From the NCBI GenBank assembly GCA_965113315.1, contig OZ220363.1: a DNA stretch of 64,000 bases. One strand, given 5' to 3'. The notes beneath the pieces are model-generated. The model was not told the DNA's origin. It worked only from the letters and a program-made list of their open reading frames with translations, and searched no databases. Source of the DNA: Podarcis vaucheri (lineage: Eukaryota). Made by a program: the position numbers and the translations under genes. Below, in pieces: positions 1 through 14,091 of the stretch. Within the stretch, counting starts at the first letter, position 1. Each line of letters opens with the position of its first letter.

Positions 1-939
1 CGATTACGAGCAAAAGCTACAAAATTTTACTGTAATGTGAAATACTGTAATGTCAGATAGCATTATTTATCTGCTTAATATGACAAAAAGCATTAATTGC
101 TGGGAGCCATGATTCAGTCCAGCAATATGGAAATCCATTTTGTGCCTATCTCATCAGTTGTTGCAGAGTTTTCCTAATGAATTGTGATGTGAGATTCTGC
201 TGGGAAATGTGTTTGTCTCTCCCCCCTCCACCCCCACTTGCAGGTTCAGTGTGCTCACTGTTGTGACATAGATCCTCCATTAACTAAATGTTTTCATTAA
301 GGTAGTGCCACGACACATCACGGGCGCATCTCTTTCCTCTTCGATATCTGGAATAGCCGTAATCATTACTCCACATGCAGTTTTAATTATTAGGATTTAC
401 CAAACGGACTAAGTGGCTAATGCTCATTGTTTTAAAAGTCCCTCTTAACTATTCACTCAGATTAATGTGTCATCCATTTCCAATCAAGGTGGTATGCATA
501 TATCCCACAGGAAAGGGAAAATGCAGCACACTCTGATCTAATGACTTTTACATAAAGGTTGCCTTAATGCTTTACATTTTGCAACGCAGAAACTGATCTT
601 AATTCCCACTGAAGTTAGTGGTAAGTTTCTCATAAAATTGAGGAGAGGAGCAGAAACCACACCTTCCTGGTTAAGAGTGATCATTGACTATAAGAAAAAC
701 TAGTTTTACACACAAACACAAACGTTTGACCTCAAGTGCATTCACCCCTGCCCATGGTAGTACATATGATCACAATGCTCACGTAGACCCCATTAACTGG
801 ACGCATATTTTGATGTGGATGCCTGGAGGTGGTGGTCTCGACCACTTTGGCCACACCAGCCACTGGCATATGACTCCCAGAGGGTGGGTGAAAAGACAGC
901 CCTTCACCCACACCAGTATTGCTGCAGCTTACCTGGTGA

Positions 940-1130
940 TGTAGGAGCCAACTCCTAGAGGCCAAAGGGGCTTCATCCCTCCAAGAAAATATTTGAGGAG
1001 GCTGCCCCCCTCCCCAAGTTGATGGGCATTGCCATTCAAATGGTGCATGTGCGCCACACCATGTGATTGATTATGTGGGGTGGGGCTTACCTGTCCCTCA
1101 ATACTTTATTCAAATTGCACCCCCTGCCAG
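940..1130. repeat. Interspersed repeat fragment, probably non-autonomous DNA-transposon derived; related inverted copy at ~34800-34960
   Basis: TTGATGGGCATT...AAAT(G/A)GTG..TGTGCG...ATGTGATTGATTATGTGGGG recurs as its reverse complement near 34860-34925; boundaries approximate. Confidence 0.45.
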
Positions 1131-4100
1131 GTGTGGGGGGTGGTGTTGCACTTGTAGGAGCCTTCCACCAGGGTACTGCCCACCCCTCACCTCCCCACCA
1201 CTCTGCCCAGCCTATAGCATCCAGGTTAGATGTAGCAACACCAATCAGGAGGCTGGCACAGCTTATGCCCCACCACATGGGGGACTACTGCTAAGAGTAC
1301 TGTTAAAAGGTTCCCTGCATTATACAACCAGCGAGGTGATATTCTTTGTCTTATCTTTAAAAATGATTTCTGCTTTCCAGAGCTTTCGATAGGCCCTATC
1401 CACCCCCCTTGCAAAGAATGTCAACCATGGGATAGAGGTGCCTCTCATCCTTGCAGACAATGGTCATAATTATGCACCCATGTTAGAGGTTACCTTTAAC
1501 ACCCTTTGTGATCTGTCTGTATGAGTGGAATGGATTGTTACAGTCCAGAGAGTCACCAAATCTTGCACAGGAAGGATGAATGGTCTGATTCCAAATAGCA
1601 TGAAGTGACTTTGTAGACAAACTGCAGAAGCTTGCCCTCCTAAGGGTCAAACTAGGTGTTATGTTAACACAGTGTTTTAAATTGTATTTTTAGGATTCAT
1701 CACATCTCTCTTGCAGGGGGGGGGAATCTATGTGGGCCTCTAATCTGGATCAGAAGTGCAGTGTTGGAGGTGAGGTTCCTTCCCACGCTATTTTCCTGTT
1801 CAGAACTATCCCTGAAGCTGCTAGCTTCCCCCAAAGCAGTATGGTTAAGAAAAGGATATTGTATTGCTTTTCCTTGTAGATAAATGGAATCTGTTGGTCT
1901 TTATCCACTGAATTGGAAGTGGAGAGGAGGGGAAATTAGCATCCCATCAGAAAGATTAGATTGTAGGACAGGTAAACGTAACTAAATTAGAATTACCAGA
2001 TTCTTTCTGGCTACAGAAGTCAAGTGGATACAGAATCTAGTGCAACAACTGAGGATGACCCTCAGACGCTAATTCTGAATGGCTGCATGCAGATTAAATG
2101 GATATTTTTAAAAACAGTATTTTTACATTTTGCAAGATAAGTCACATATCAATGTGGCCGAATAAACACAAATGCATCAGACATGTTAGGCAAGCATATG
2201 CAAACAGTATTTGACATTGTGCTATTTTGGGTGTTTGTTTCCCGGGAAAGAATTGGCAATATACTTCTGGGTTGCATTGTATTTTACATGCTCCCTTTTG
2301 CAAGATATATTAGCTACTCAAATCAGAATGCTACATTAACCACACATTTAAACCAAAATATTCATAATAGACCTTAAAAAAAAAAAAGAGCGGAGAGGCC
2401 AAATCACAACAGTGCAACAGATTAACCCATATTTTGCTATTCACTCTGGTTTTACACTTGCACAGCTAAAAAGTTAATAAATTGGGGGGGGGGATGCAGG
2501 CTAAGTAGGAAGCTGCCTGTAGGTGTGCTTGCTGTGGATAAACCAAGTCAACTACCATGTGCATATGTCATTCTGCAAGGAAGCTGTTAGGGAGAGCCAA
2601 AATTAGAATGGCCTTTTCCAATAAGAGAAGGAAATGAAGGTAAGGAAAACAGCAATTCTTAATAGAACACAGTTGCTTTCTTAAAGAGAGGGGGGGAGTT
2701 ACAATCTGATCCCTTAAGCCTTTGCTCCTGGCAATTATGTGTTTGATCAATTGCTATATACAGCATCTAGAGAGCATTTTGACAACCACAGACGATGCCA
2801 GTGAAACTTAAGCAGGGCTTCAGCTTAGAGATCTGTTTTTAGTCTAGGGCTCGATCCTGGAATATGTGCAGAGGATAGGACCTCGGAACTATGAGTAGAA
2901 GACTATTCTGTCATAAATGAATTCCCTTTCTCTCACACATGACGAAGTACAGGAACTACTGTCCTGTAGCGCTATCCTACAGTTCTAAGTAGTAGGTATA
3001 TGAATGAATGAATCCATATGTCATATTTTTGTATACCATATAGACATTTTTAAATGTTAAGCAGTGTAGATATGTGTTTCAAAAAATAAATAAAGTTAAT
3101 TACTGGACTCTGTGCTTCCCAAGTTTTATTATGCTGAGACACTGAAATGCTGTAAGTTTCACCAGAGCTATTGTTGTCTACATTTTACACAAGCTTTCAG
3201 CTGTGATGGAAATTATTCTCATTCCTAAGCAATTCTTAGGCCTTGTGGTCCAACGCATTTCAGAGATGACAAATATGAATTAAAGATCACTTCACAGAAA
3301 GGTAAACTGTGAAAGTTCATGGCTCTTTCCCTGTTAGAATTATTGAAATGGCAATGTGAAATTTGAAAAGATTGGCAATTTTTGAGGGGAGAAATCGTAG
3401 AAGGCTATTATTGCTTATAATAATTTGTATATACTTTTAAGTCACTTGCATTCAAGCTTCTGACTTACGTCTTTGAAATGCTTGTGACAGTCTAGAATGG
3501 ATTTGCTACTGAGCTGTAATTCAGTGCAGATTTCCTATTGCTGCAAAAGATAAAATGGATTTCTCCAGCTCCTATTCAGCTGTAGCCTTTCTCTCTGTCC
3601 CTGTTGAGCATGAAAGAGAAAAGTAACAGCCTCACAGCAGCTGCTTCTCTCTTTGCACTGTGGCCCTCAATTCAGGTAACTGGTGCAGAGGCAAAAGAGG
3701 AGTAGGAGTTGCTCTCTTGTTCCCTGTACAGGCAGTATAAATCATCCCATGGTGGAGTCCTAAGGAAGCCTGGAGACCAGATGTCATCTATGCAAGAGCA
3801 CAAAAAGAAAGTGGGAATGGAAATGTAGAGAAGTCTTCATTGACATCCTACAAGTTCACATAGTTCAAGCAAGATCCCCACAGACAAGAAAGAGACAATT
3901 ATATTGCCATTAGTTCAGAAACACTGTGGGAAACAGAAAGCGTATGAGGAAGAAAAGATTTTTAAAGAAATAGTTTAGGAGACCAAGTTGCAGAGGTGGT
4001 GGGAAGAAGTCTTTAAGCAGGCACAGCAGATAAAATATTTAAACAGCCAGCACATTCTTAGGCATCCTGTTCCTATGCATGTTGCTTTTGAAATGACTAA

Positions 4101-4149
4101 AGGAGCTAACTTCTGCCATTTAGTGTGCAGCCTTAAAATATTACTTTTG

Positions 4150-4279
4150 GGATAGGCTTCCAACAAAAGATTAAAAACACATTAAAACATCAGACATTTA
4201 AAACTTCCCTAAACAGGGCTGCCTTCAGATGTCTTCTGAATGCCAGATAGTTGTTTATATCTTTGACATCTGATAGGAG
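4150..4279 (-). mobile_element. L2-clade LINE 3' fragment
   Basis: Reverse complement matches the 3' part of the L2 copy at ~60555-60695 (AAAACTTCCCTAAACAGGGCTGCCTT...GAGGGCATTCCACAGG). Confidence 0.7.
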
Positions 4280-4427
4280 GGCATTCCACAGGACGGGCGG
4301 AAGGTGGGAAGACCTGGTCTAGAAAGGTATTCTGAAGTTCTAAACTGCAGTGTCCACATGTCATTGTCAGCATTGAAATGCCATTTTATATTCTCCTCAT
4401 ATTAATCCAGATTTCTGCTTTCCATGG

Positions 4428-4429
<2 letters not shown>

Positions 4430-4469
<40 letters not shown>
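4430..4469. repeat. (CA)n microsatellite
   Basis: Directly visible. Confidence 0.95.
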
Positions 4470-4471
<2 letters not shown>

Positions 4472-6922
4472 TCGTCAGTGACATGCTTGTGATAGCTGAA
4501 TAAGCTGTTTGCAACTTCAGGTTCTTGTCTGAGAGCTTCCCTGGAGAATAAATTACTATGGCTGCAACCTTACCCACCTGCTCCTTATGCTGTTCTGGGT
4601 GTGTGTGAATTGAGTGTTGGTATCTCTCTGCTCACTTCTTCAGCCGGCTTCCCATCTGAGTGATGCTCTTCTGCCTACTGAAAAGTGTGGATGGAATGCC
4701 CACCAGTGGTATCTGCACTAGAGAAAACCACTGGGAAATCCTGGAATGGCAGAACCAAGCCTGAACTGGCCTTCAATCTGCTGGATCCAAACCACTCTTA
4801 ATGGCCAGAACTAGCTTGCATCAGGCCTGATTTCACGAAGCTAGATATTAGACAAAAAAGAGTCCCAAATGGAATTGGGAATATGGTACACTCTGAGAGG
4901 GGTCTGCTCCCCCCCTCCCTTGCTATTCTTAAGGAATATCAACTCTCTCCCCCAGCAGCTATTATTATTGGCCTTGGGAGGGTGCGTAAATCAAGTACTG
5001 CAAGGGGCCAGTCTCTTCTCTGCAAGCCCATTGCATAGCTTTTTTTTTTGGGGGGGGTGCCACACCCTTGAGGAGAACTCAGCATTTTCACACACACTCT
5101 CTCTCACACACACCAACCTCAATACTTTCTGCAAACTCTTCCTGTTGGCCCCGAAGACTGAACTCCAAGGTATTACCAAAATGGCACTATAGATTCCAAT
5201 GGGAATTGAATAAAGCCATTCCAGTGCAATTTACTTCGCCCCCACTTCAGATCCCAATCGTACAACAAGTCATTTAGGATAACTTTAGTTGCTGGTTATT
5301 CCCACCACTACCACTTAGTGTGCAACGTAAGCACCTCTGAGATGTGCCATACAGAAAAGGCCTCCAAATAGTGAAATCTCCATGGGGAGGGACTGAAGTT
5401 AATATAGAAAATTCTGTATGAAGTTAACAAAATATGCATTACTTTGTTGCCTGTGATGAGGGCTCTTAACGCAACTCAGGGGACTCAGTCCTAGGCTGAT
5501 GGAAATCGACATGCCTCCATTAGCTTCAATTCTTAATTGGCTTAATTGAATTCCGTTGGAATTTGATGGGTTTTTCGAAGCTGCTAATATCGTATGTTAC
5601 AGGAACTGGGGCTGGTGTATAAAGCATCATCTCAATCTCTCCAGCAAAGGAACTAACCTGATTTCTGCTGTAGAAATGGCAGATGCCCAAAAGCTTGTTG
5701 ATGGAACACTTACTGGTCCAACTGTATTCTTAACACACTTCCTCAAGAGTCACAAGAGAACCCTGCTTCCCACCTTCCTCTTGATGTGTCCACAGGGGCA
5801 GGGGAAAGCAGCATGCTAAATTGGTCAGGAGAATATCTCCCATATCCCTCTTCCCGCCCTTTCCTCCCCCTTCTGTTCAGTCAAGTGACTTGAGCTCCAA
5901 AGTTCATATAATTTGCCCGAATGGAGAATGCTGGAGGCTAGATATGGGGATAGGGCACATAGACTTTCCTTTCTCTGTAACAGCCCATCATTCTTATTGT
6001 GAACATGGGAAATGGGTGCAAAAGAAACCTAACTGGGATTCCTCCATATCAGGGATGCTGTGGCAGTGGATTTCCTTTGTCGGCCCAGGTGGGTGCAGGT
6101 CTAGGTGAGCTTTGGGAACCCTTCCGACACTTTGATTCTTTGAGTCCTATACAAAGTCTGCAGCTGTGCTGGGAAGGATCATGCCCTAAGTATTAGTTTA
6201 GAAAGGTAATCTTCTAACGGCATTTAAAAATCAGTGAATACCTCTTCAAAAATTGCAGCTACTATTCAAGAAACATTTACTGACATTAACTATAGAAGAT
6301 GTATAGCTTTCTGTAATTAGTGTGCACCCTTTAGATGTGGCTAATTACCTCTTATCAATTAATTTTTTCTCATTAGGAAAAAAAAATGAGACTGTAGTCA
6401 TGAGAGAGAAACGAGAGGTCCAGACCCATACGGCAGCAGAAAATTCAGCTAGATAATGTCTCCGATTTGGTTAATTCCAGGTGACTATCGGGTTATTCAA
6501 CCTAGGAGAATTTAATGATTCTGGACAGTTCATGCAATGAATGCCCCTGTAAATCATTCATAATTACAAACATAAAAATTAAAAGTCAGTCTGAGGAGAA
6601 AGATAACATAATATTAATGATGGAGGGCAATAAGCTAGAAATGGACGGCTTGGCCTTTTAATCAAGGACACACTGATGGGAGACCTGTAAACCTTATAGG
6701 ATTGTATTGGAAATTCAGAACTATATAATTTAATCAAATTAAGTCATTAACTAAAGGTAGATCCCATATTTTTCTCCACAAATAAGTGGGCTTTTCCTAC
6801 TGTCAAGGAGAGTCTAATCTATTCTAATAGTTTAGTTTTGCTTCTGTTCTTCTTGAAAACTGGGATCATTGAGTTGAGAGGAGCTATATACCCTTTAAAA
6901 GGACCTAAGGTCAAATGAATCT

Positions 6923-7603
6923 AGGATCTAAGAGTCTTGGTTGACCACAAACTTGACATGAGCCAACAGTGTGACGCGGCAGCTAAAAAAGCCAATGCAA
7001 TTCTGGGCTGCATCAATAGGAGTATAGCATCTAGATCAAGGGAAGTAATAGTGCCACTGTATTCTGCTCTGGTCAGACCTCACCTGGAGTACTGTGTCCA
7101 GTTCTGGGCACCACAGTTCAAGAAGGACACTGACAAACTGGAACGTGTCCAGAGGAGGGCAACCAAAATGGTCAAAGGCCTGGAAACGATGCCTTATGAG
7201 GAACGGCTAAGGGAGCTGGGCATGTTTAGCCTGGAGAAGAGGAGGTTAAGGGGTGATATGATAGCCATGTTCAAATATATAAAAGGATGTCACATAGAGG
7301 AGGGAGAAAGGTTGTTTTCTGCTGCTCCAGAGAAGTGGACACGGAGCAATGGATCCAAACTACAAGAAAGAAGATTCCACCTAAACATTAGGAAGAACTT
7401 CCTGACAGTAAGAGCTGTTTGACAGTGGAATTTGCTGCCAAGGAGTGTGGTGGTGTCTCCTTCTTTGAAGGTCTTTAAGCAGAGGCTTGACAACCATATG
7501 TCAGGAGTGCTCTGATGGTGTTTCCTGCTTGGCAGGGGGTTGGACTCGATGGCCCTTGTGGTCTCTTCCAACTCTATGATTCTATGATTCTATGATTCTA
7601 TGA
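6923..7603 (+). mobile_element. CR1 LINE, 5'-truncated young copy (ORF2 C-terminus and 3' UTR)
   Basis: ORF 6937-7422 ([20 protein letters not shown]...[12 protein letters not shown]-type) is the CR1 ORF2 C-terminus; (ATTCTATG)n tail; candidate TSD ATGAATCT at 6915-6922 and 7600-7607 overlapping the tail. Confidence 0.95.
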
Positions 7604-7828
7604 ATCTCTATGGAAAAATCCAAGGTAAAATTTCTTAACTTATGCCTTCAGCTCATAGGTTATTCTGTTAGTCTGTATGGCTGATAACAAACTTTGTCCA
7701 GAAATCTACATCACAAATTTTGTGTCTTTGAGCTGAAGCTGCACCAGCCAACCAAGTAGGCTCTTGTCTGAACACAGAGGAGAAAGAGAATCCAAGTGCT
7801 ACAAAACTGTAATAACTCATTGGTTATA

Positions 7829-8070
7829 CAGTGGTACCTCGGGTTACATATGCTTCAGGTTACAGACGCTTCAGGTTACAGACTCCGCTAACCCAGAAAT
7901 AGTACCTCAGATTAAGAACTTTGCTTCAGGATGAGAACAGAAATTGTGCGGTGGCGGCACAGTGGCAGCAGGAGGCCCCATTAGCTAAAGTGGTACCTCA
8001 GGTTAAGAACAGTTTCAGGTTAAGAACGGACCTCCAGAACAAATTAAGTTCTTAATCTGAGGTACCACTA
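7829..8070 (+). mobile_element. Tc1/mariner (pogo/Tigger-type) MITE, copy 1
   Basis: TIR CAGTGGTACCTC...GAGGTACCACT(A), TA TSD, internal CAGGTTA repeats; four copies in the window. Confidence 0.9.
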
Positions 8071-8450
8071 TATACTAATGTATTCCAGACATCCAGTATG
8101 ACAGAAAGTGGGCTTTGGATATAATAAAGCTTATTCTGAACTTGACAAAAGATGGGATATTTTATATTTACAGTAGAAAAATCAGGTGGCTATGGTCTAG
8201 TTCACACAATGGTATTTACATGCCTCCAGAAGCCTCCAGAAGCCTGTAACAGTAATAGGTCCCCCCCCCCATACAGGCAGCCACTGACTTGCAGTTTAGT
8301 GCACATTTACTGTCCCATTGTAGAGGTGCCATCAATAGGCTGGTTGGTTGGTTGGTAGGGGTTGTAATGCAATTGTATGTTCATCACTTGCCAGCCTTTG
8401 CAGAGCTCTGTTCAGCCCACATTTCAGCGCATCCATTTGGTTGTGTGAAT

Positions 8451-8622
8451 TAGGGCTATGCACTGAATCTAGCTGAACGCCAGATCCTTTTTAATTTTTT
8501 TTATTTATATCCAAAGGCCAAATCCTGAACTGAACTGGGCTGATTTGAGCAAATCCAGGTTTTGATTGGATCGGATTAGGTCCAATGAGGCAGCCTAGGG
8601 AGGGAGTAGGTACACAGCCCTA
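8451..8622. mobile_element. Degenerate hAT-like MITE
   Basis: TAGGGCT...AGCCCTA termini; flanking 8-mers only partly match (GTGTGAAT/GCAGGAAT). Confidence 0.45.
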
Positions 8623-9641
8623 GCAGGAATCTTCTCCATGTACAACCTACTAAGTGATTAGTTTTCAAGGGTGGGAGGTTAAACATGTAAGACATATTCT
8701 AGTTTTAAAATTCCCAACACAGAAATGCCCCCAAAGTAGTACCTGTAGGCTATAATTGCCACTTGGGTGCTTTTGGTGCCATTCTCAGTGACCAAACTGT
8801 GTCTCCTCCTTGCCAATTGAAAACATGTCTCCTTCCATCTGAAACATAAAACTATTGAAATCTTTCTGCTGTAGCATATTTATAGGATATTGGTCTTTGT
8901 TTTACCCTGTAAAATAGTCAAGTGTAGTCACATTAGCACATTTCATTGTAAGTTAGTAAAAATGAAAGTTAATATGACCTGATCATAATCATCCATGACA
9001 GAAAGTTCCTAATACGATAAAACTTTCATATCATATTAGAAGGAAAAAAAGTCTGTTCCTGCCTGTTCCAGGTCACTTTCAATGTTGCCCTTGAGCGTCA
9101 AATAATTGCACACATTTGTCTCTCTGTATAAAAAGAAGTCCCTTACAGAATTCAATGGAAAACTGAAGATATTATACTGCACATCACCTTTTGCATTCTC
9201 AGAATAATTAGCCCTGTACTAAATTATCAACAATTCATTAATTAGGTTTCATTTCCCTGGGATTTGAATTCATATCAGACATATCAGCGTCAAATAAATA
9301 TTGGGATCCATGTTTCCCACTTGCAAAAACATCAGCAGGAAGCAAGGGTCTCTGCTTATTTTACTTATCTCCTCAGAAAGAGCTCCTCCCTTCCTGGCTC
9401 AGGGTCCAGTTGATCATGAGAGCTCCTGAGATTATCCTGGCTTGAGGTCATTCATTATCAGAGGAGTCATTAACCAGAAGTTTGTGTGCTGGGTTCCACC
9501 ACTATACTGTTTTGTATTTAATACTGATCAGAATTTCACTGAATAAACATTTTAATAAAATACATTTTTAAATATCCACTTTTCATATTTTGAAACAAAA
9601 GAGAGAAAAGAGGAGGAGGGAGTATGAAAAGAAATGGCCAG

Positions 9642-9643
9642 GA

Positions 9644-9690
<47 letters not shown>
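9642..9690. repeat. (GAAA)n microsatellite
   Basis: Directly visible. Confidence 0.95.
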
Positions 9691-9691
<1 letters not shown>

Positions 9692-11459
9692 AGAAAGTGC
9701 CGATTTCAACGGTATCGTTGCCAGTGAAATATTACGAATGCAAAATGTAATTACCTTAATGCTATTTTTGATATCATATCAGCAAATTGCACCGAGTCCC
9801 CACTGTGACACTTATATTAGGGTAAGAATTATCCTGTTGTGAGTGTCGATCCCAAGGGAAAATGAGGCAGCACAAATGACTGTGATGCTCCAGCAATTAG
9901 CTACCTCAAGACAGCAACCACTTTCAATCTTTTTTTTTTTTAAAAAGATACTTATGGAATGTTTAACCTGTAAACATCTAGCGCGTCCCTTTCCAGTTTG
10001 TTTTGATATTTTAAAGCAATTAATTCTCTAGAGGTTTTCATGCTACATGTATATCTTCTTTAGCTTTCTTACCCTTCTTCCTTCCCCATTTCTCTCTCTC
10101 TCTCTCTCTCTCTCTCCCCCCCCCCCGCGACTTTTTAATAAGAATAAAAATCCCTCACTGCTCTTGAAATACGCGCTGTGGAAATGCGGACGCTTGCAAC
10201 AAGCATGCCTTATTATTAACACTAATGCCATAATGCCATAAGACAACAATGTAATGTGCTGGAGGATTATATAACTTCATGTTGAGCAAACAAAAATTAG
10301 ACCTGCTACAACCCTTTTGATGTGTTTTTTTTAAAAGCTCTCGAGGATTAAGAAGCAGAGACGAAAGAGATGCTTATAGCATTACCTTTCCTGGCAAATG
10401 CTTTATACTTTGTCTTGGTCTGTGGGAGATGCCAGCATGGATATCAGAATAAGGTTTAAGTCCCAAAAGCTACAGTACTGTCTACTGTTTTATAACCATG
10501 CAGGGTCTGAGGAAAGCATTGCATTGGAGATGCCATTCAGAATTCAGCAGTATCTTGTACAGTCCATTATTAACACAGCATGCGGGTCTCATATTTTATC
10601 TCATTGTCAGTCTCTTAAACAGCCTGACTACTCTCTAAGGCTGCCACCTGCCCATTATTTTATGGGATACCCCTTGACTCAAAAACATTGCAGCCCATAG
10701 AAAGTAACCGATGTCTCCTTTTTGTGTTTCACATAGTGTAGAGCCTGTACATTGCTGATGCTAGGGACAAACAAAGGATATGTTCTATGGTGTCCTGCGC
10801 TGTCCCATGTTGTCCCATGGGATCTAGCATTGCAATTGTCATGTTCTTCCACAAAATGCCCCATATTTCTGCACTTCCCTATGATACCATACATGCCTAC
10901 CATACCACCATCCCCAAATAGCCCATTTCCCCCTGAAATTCTTTTCTAGCATCCTTTTTAGCCTCTTTTAATTAGGCTTTGCACATTTGCCTCTGTCTCA
11001 GTCCCAATGAACACAAAGGGACTTACTTGTGAGAAAACATGCCTAGGATTGCATGTTTGTAACTGATTAAAGTAAATATTGCAGCACCTCAATATAGGGT
11101 GTTTTTGGAAGATATTTGGTGGTGGTTGCTGTTTCTGACATCTAAACAACATAACGCTGTGTGTTCATTTGTTGTTGGATAAAGAATCACAAAAGCTTGG
11201 CTGAAACAGCTGCTAAGACAGAACGTTGCTGCAATGTCAGTGAAACCCATTAACAGTTTTTAGGGACTTCTTGCCTTAGAACTGGATTTCACATCATCCT
11301 CAGCCAAAATTTTGAAAAGACTGTCTTTACACCAACAAATCTGGGTGCAACATTTGTACTAGTTGCCAACTTTCAGCATAAACAGATTCACATTAGCAGA
11401 TAGCAAAGACTTGAGTATCATTCCTTCAAAATGCATACAAAGTAAAGGATCTTTTAAGG

Positions 11460-11803
11460 AAGGTGTGAGGAATCCTTTTCAGCCCAAGGGCAGTGTCCCT
11501 TTATGAGCCACCTTCCATGGGGCGCTTGCCAGTGCTGGGCAGAGCAACAAATGCCTGTTTTAGGTTTGTATAGTTGGTTATTTTCTACATACACTCCTCT
11601 CTGTCCTTCTCCCAAGCAGATAAAAAACATTGTCAGAGATCAAGAACACATTTCGGTCAGGCAAAACCACTTGAGGATGAGAAGCAGGACCAGCAAGGGG
11701 CATTGCTTGGGGAGAGGATGTGCGGCATGGGGAGATTCCTGAGGGCCGGATAGAGAGACTGGAGGGCCACATTTGACCCCTGGGCCAGAGGCTCCCAATC
11801 TCC
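11460..11803. mobile_element. Old hAT/Charlie-like non-autonomous element
   Basis: Degenerate termini (AGGTGTGAGGAATCCTTTTCAGCCCAAGGGC...GGAGGGCCACATTTGACCCCTGGGCCAGAGG) typical of Charlie-type ends; boundaries approximate. Confidence 0.5.
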
Positions 11804-13694
11804 ATTTTAAGGATATTTATGAGTTCTAGTAAACAAACAATATCTCAGGATCAGCCATGCCTCTTCTGAATAAGGAAATTTAAGTGGAGTACTGAAAACA
11901 TTGTGATAACCTTACAATGGAGAGATTTTGGAACTGAAACATAATTGGAAATGTTAACAAGAGCAATAGATTTCCACATCAAAAATTGTAATTAGATATG
12001 CCCTTCTTATGGACTAAGGACATCTTAGAAAGACAAATGCTTGAAGTGTTCAGCCATTGGACCATCTAGGCTGAGGTACTGCTTCCCTTTTCAGTACATC
12101 TATCTCATTATCTGTGGATAGGACAGCAAGAGACCAAGTGGTGTGGAATAATCCTACCGCTTCTCAGAGGAAAAATAACAAACAAGAACATTTCACCCTT
12201 CCAATAATATTCACTGACTGTAAAAGTGGATAAATGATTCACAGCCTAATCCTATGGACGGGCCTTTGCTGTCATGATGCAAGCAATATAGTTTGCCTGG
12301 CTACAATAAATATAATATCTCTTTTCTGGAAAGTGGCACATAGGCTAGCTTGGCCTTCTTTATCTCAGGAGAGACAAATTAACAGTCTCTTGTGGGGTAC
12401 AATGGCCAGTTTTGTCCTGTGAAATTGGATCCTAAAGACCTTAGTTCTAACCCCATCATATTATCTATCATCTCAGAGGCTTGCTCCACACTAGGATATA
12501 AGGAGAGTTGTTGACCCTTCTTTGCTTGCTTGCTTCTTCAAGTCTGTACCAGCAGCGTTGTCATATCTTGACCCTTGGAATGCCAGACTTGAACCAGTGG
12601 TTCATTGGAGCTGTCCAAAAGTTGCAAAAAGAAACTATATCCAAAGTAGCAAGTGGCCTTTATTTGGTAAAATTGTACAATGCCTGCTCTGGGAGTAGAA
12701 CAACATACTTTCTGTGTCTTCAGAAAAGGAAGCTATTGTTTCTTGTCTTGCTCTTCAGCTGATCAGAACACATCTAGATGCCTCTCATCTAGCAGAAAAA
12801 TGGAATATATCATTCTCCATCCATGCATTAGTGATCTGTTGATCCTAAGAGCCTCTCTCTTGTTCCTCTCCTCTGTAGAAACACACTGTACATGATAGCT
12901 CTCTCCTATAATCTATACTTGAGGCTATTAATGTCAATCTAATGCTAAGTCTATGCCAGTCTAATCTCCACCAAAGACAATGAGTATAATTATTAATGTT
13001 ATATGCTCTGCCTATGTGTGTGAAGAAAGAAGCAGGGCAATAAATAGAAGTGAAATAGCCTGTTATGTGCATAGCTGTAGAAAGGATTCTTACTTAAAAG
13101 ATTTACCCCTCCATAATAGTGTGCATATGTCACATACTCCTTCAATGCACGTCTAAGCTTATTTCTCCTCCTGTATATGGTCTTCCCTCAACCCTCATAA
13201 TGGGTTAGGATGTAGATGGGGTCTTGCTTAGGATTTTAACAAGTTTCTCCACTTCTCACTCTGTGGAAAGTGTGCTGCAGTGCTACAGATAGAGTGCACC
13301 ATTTTCTAAAAATAATGATCAGGATGATGAAAGGGGTCTGTGCAATAGTGAAAGGACTGCTGCAAACAGAGCAGGCAGCTTTGGAAGCAGCAAGCAGCTT
13401 GCACCTTTGCACAACCGCAGGTGAACCCTATTGATTGGAGTGAATCTTATATACCCAGGAGCTCACCCACAGCTGCAGCACCACAGTAATGGTCGAGTCA
13501 ACATGATTCATCCAGAAGAAGTGAGTGATGGGTTGTGGCCTTAGAATGGCAGGAAAGGAATTCTGATTGGACATTTTGATTGCATAAAACAACTCATATG
13601 CACTTTAAAAATGTTCATAAATACATTCACACATCTGCAAAAGAGGCATTTTGTAGCATGTGGGATTGGCGGGGGAGAGTAAATATGGTTACTT

Positions 13695-13835
13695 GGGGAG
13701 AGGTCATCACTCAGTGGTAGACTGCATCCTTTGTGCACAGACGGTCCTAGGCTTATCTACAACGTCTCTAGTTAAAACTACCAGGTGACAGCTGATGGGA
13801 AAGACCTCTTGCTGCCAGTCAGAATAGACTAGATC
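13695..13835 (+). mobile_element. Degenerate tRNA-derived SINE (Squam3-like)
   Basis: A-box-like CTCAGTGGTAGA head and GCTGCCAGTCAG body shared with the SINE at 42270-42790. Confidence 0.5.
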
Positions 13836-13861
13836 AGAGAAGAGATGTGTGCCCTTTTATA

Positions 13862-14091
13862 CAGTGGTACCTCTGGTTACGTACTTAATTTGTTCTGGAG
13901 GTCCGTTCTTAACCTGAAACTATTCTTAACCTGAAGCACCACTTTAGCTAATGGGGCCTCCCGCTGCCACCGCACAATTTCTGTTCTCATCCTGAAGCAA
14001 AGTTCTTAACCCGAGGTACTATTTCTGGGTTAGTGGAGTCTGTAACCTGAAGCGTATGTAACCTGAACGTATGTAACCCGAGGTACCACTG
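13862..14091 (-). mobile_element. Tigger-type MITE, copy 2
   Basis: CAGTGGTACCTC...GAGGTACCACTG with TA TSD; inverted relative to copy 1. Confidence 0.9.
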
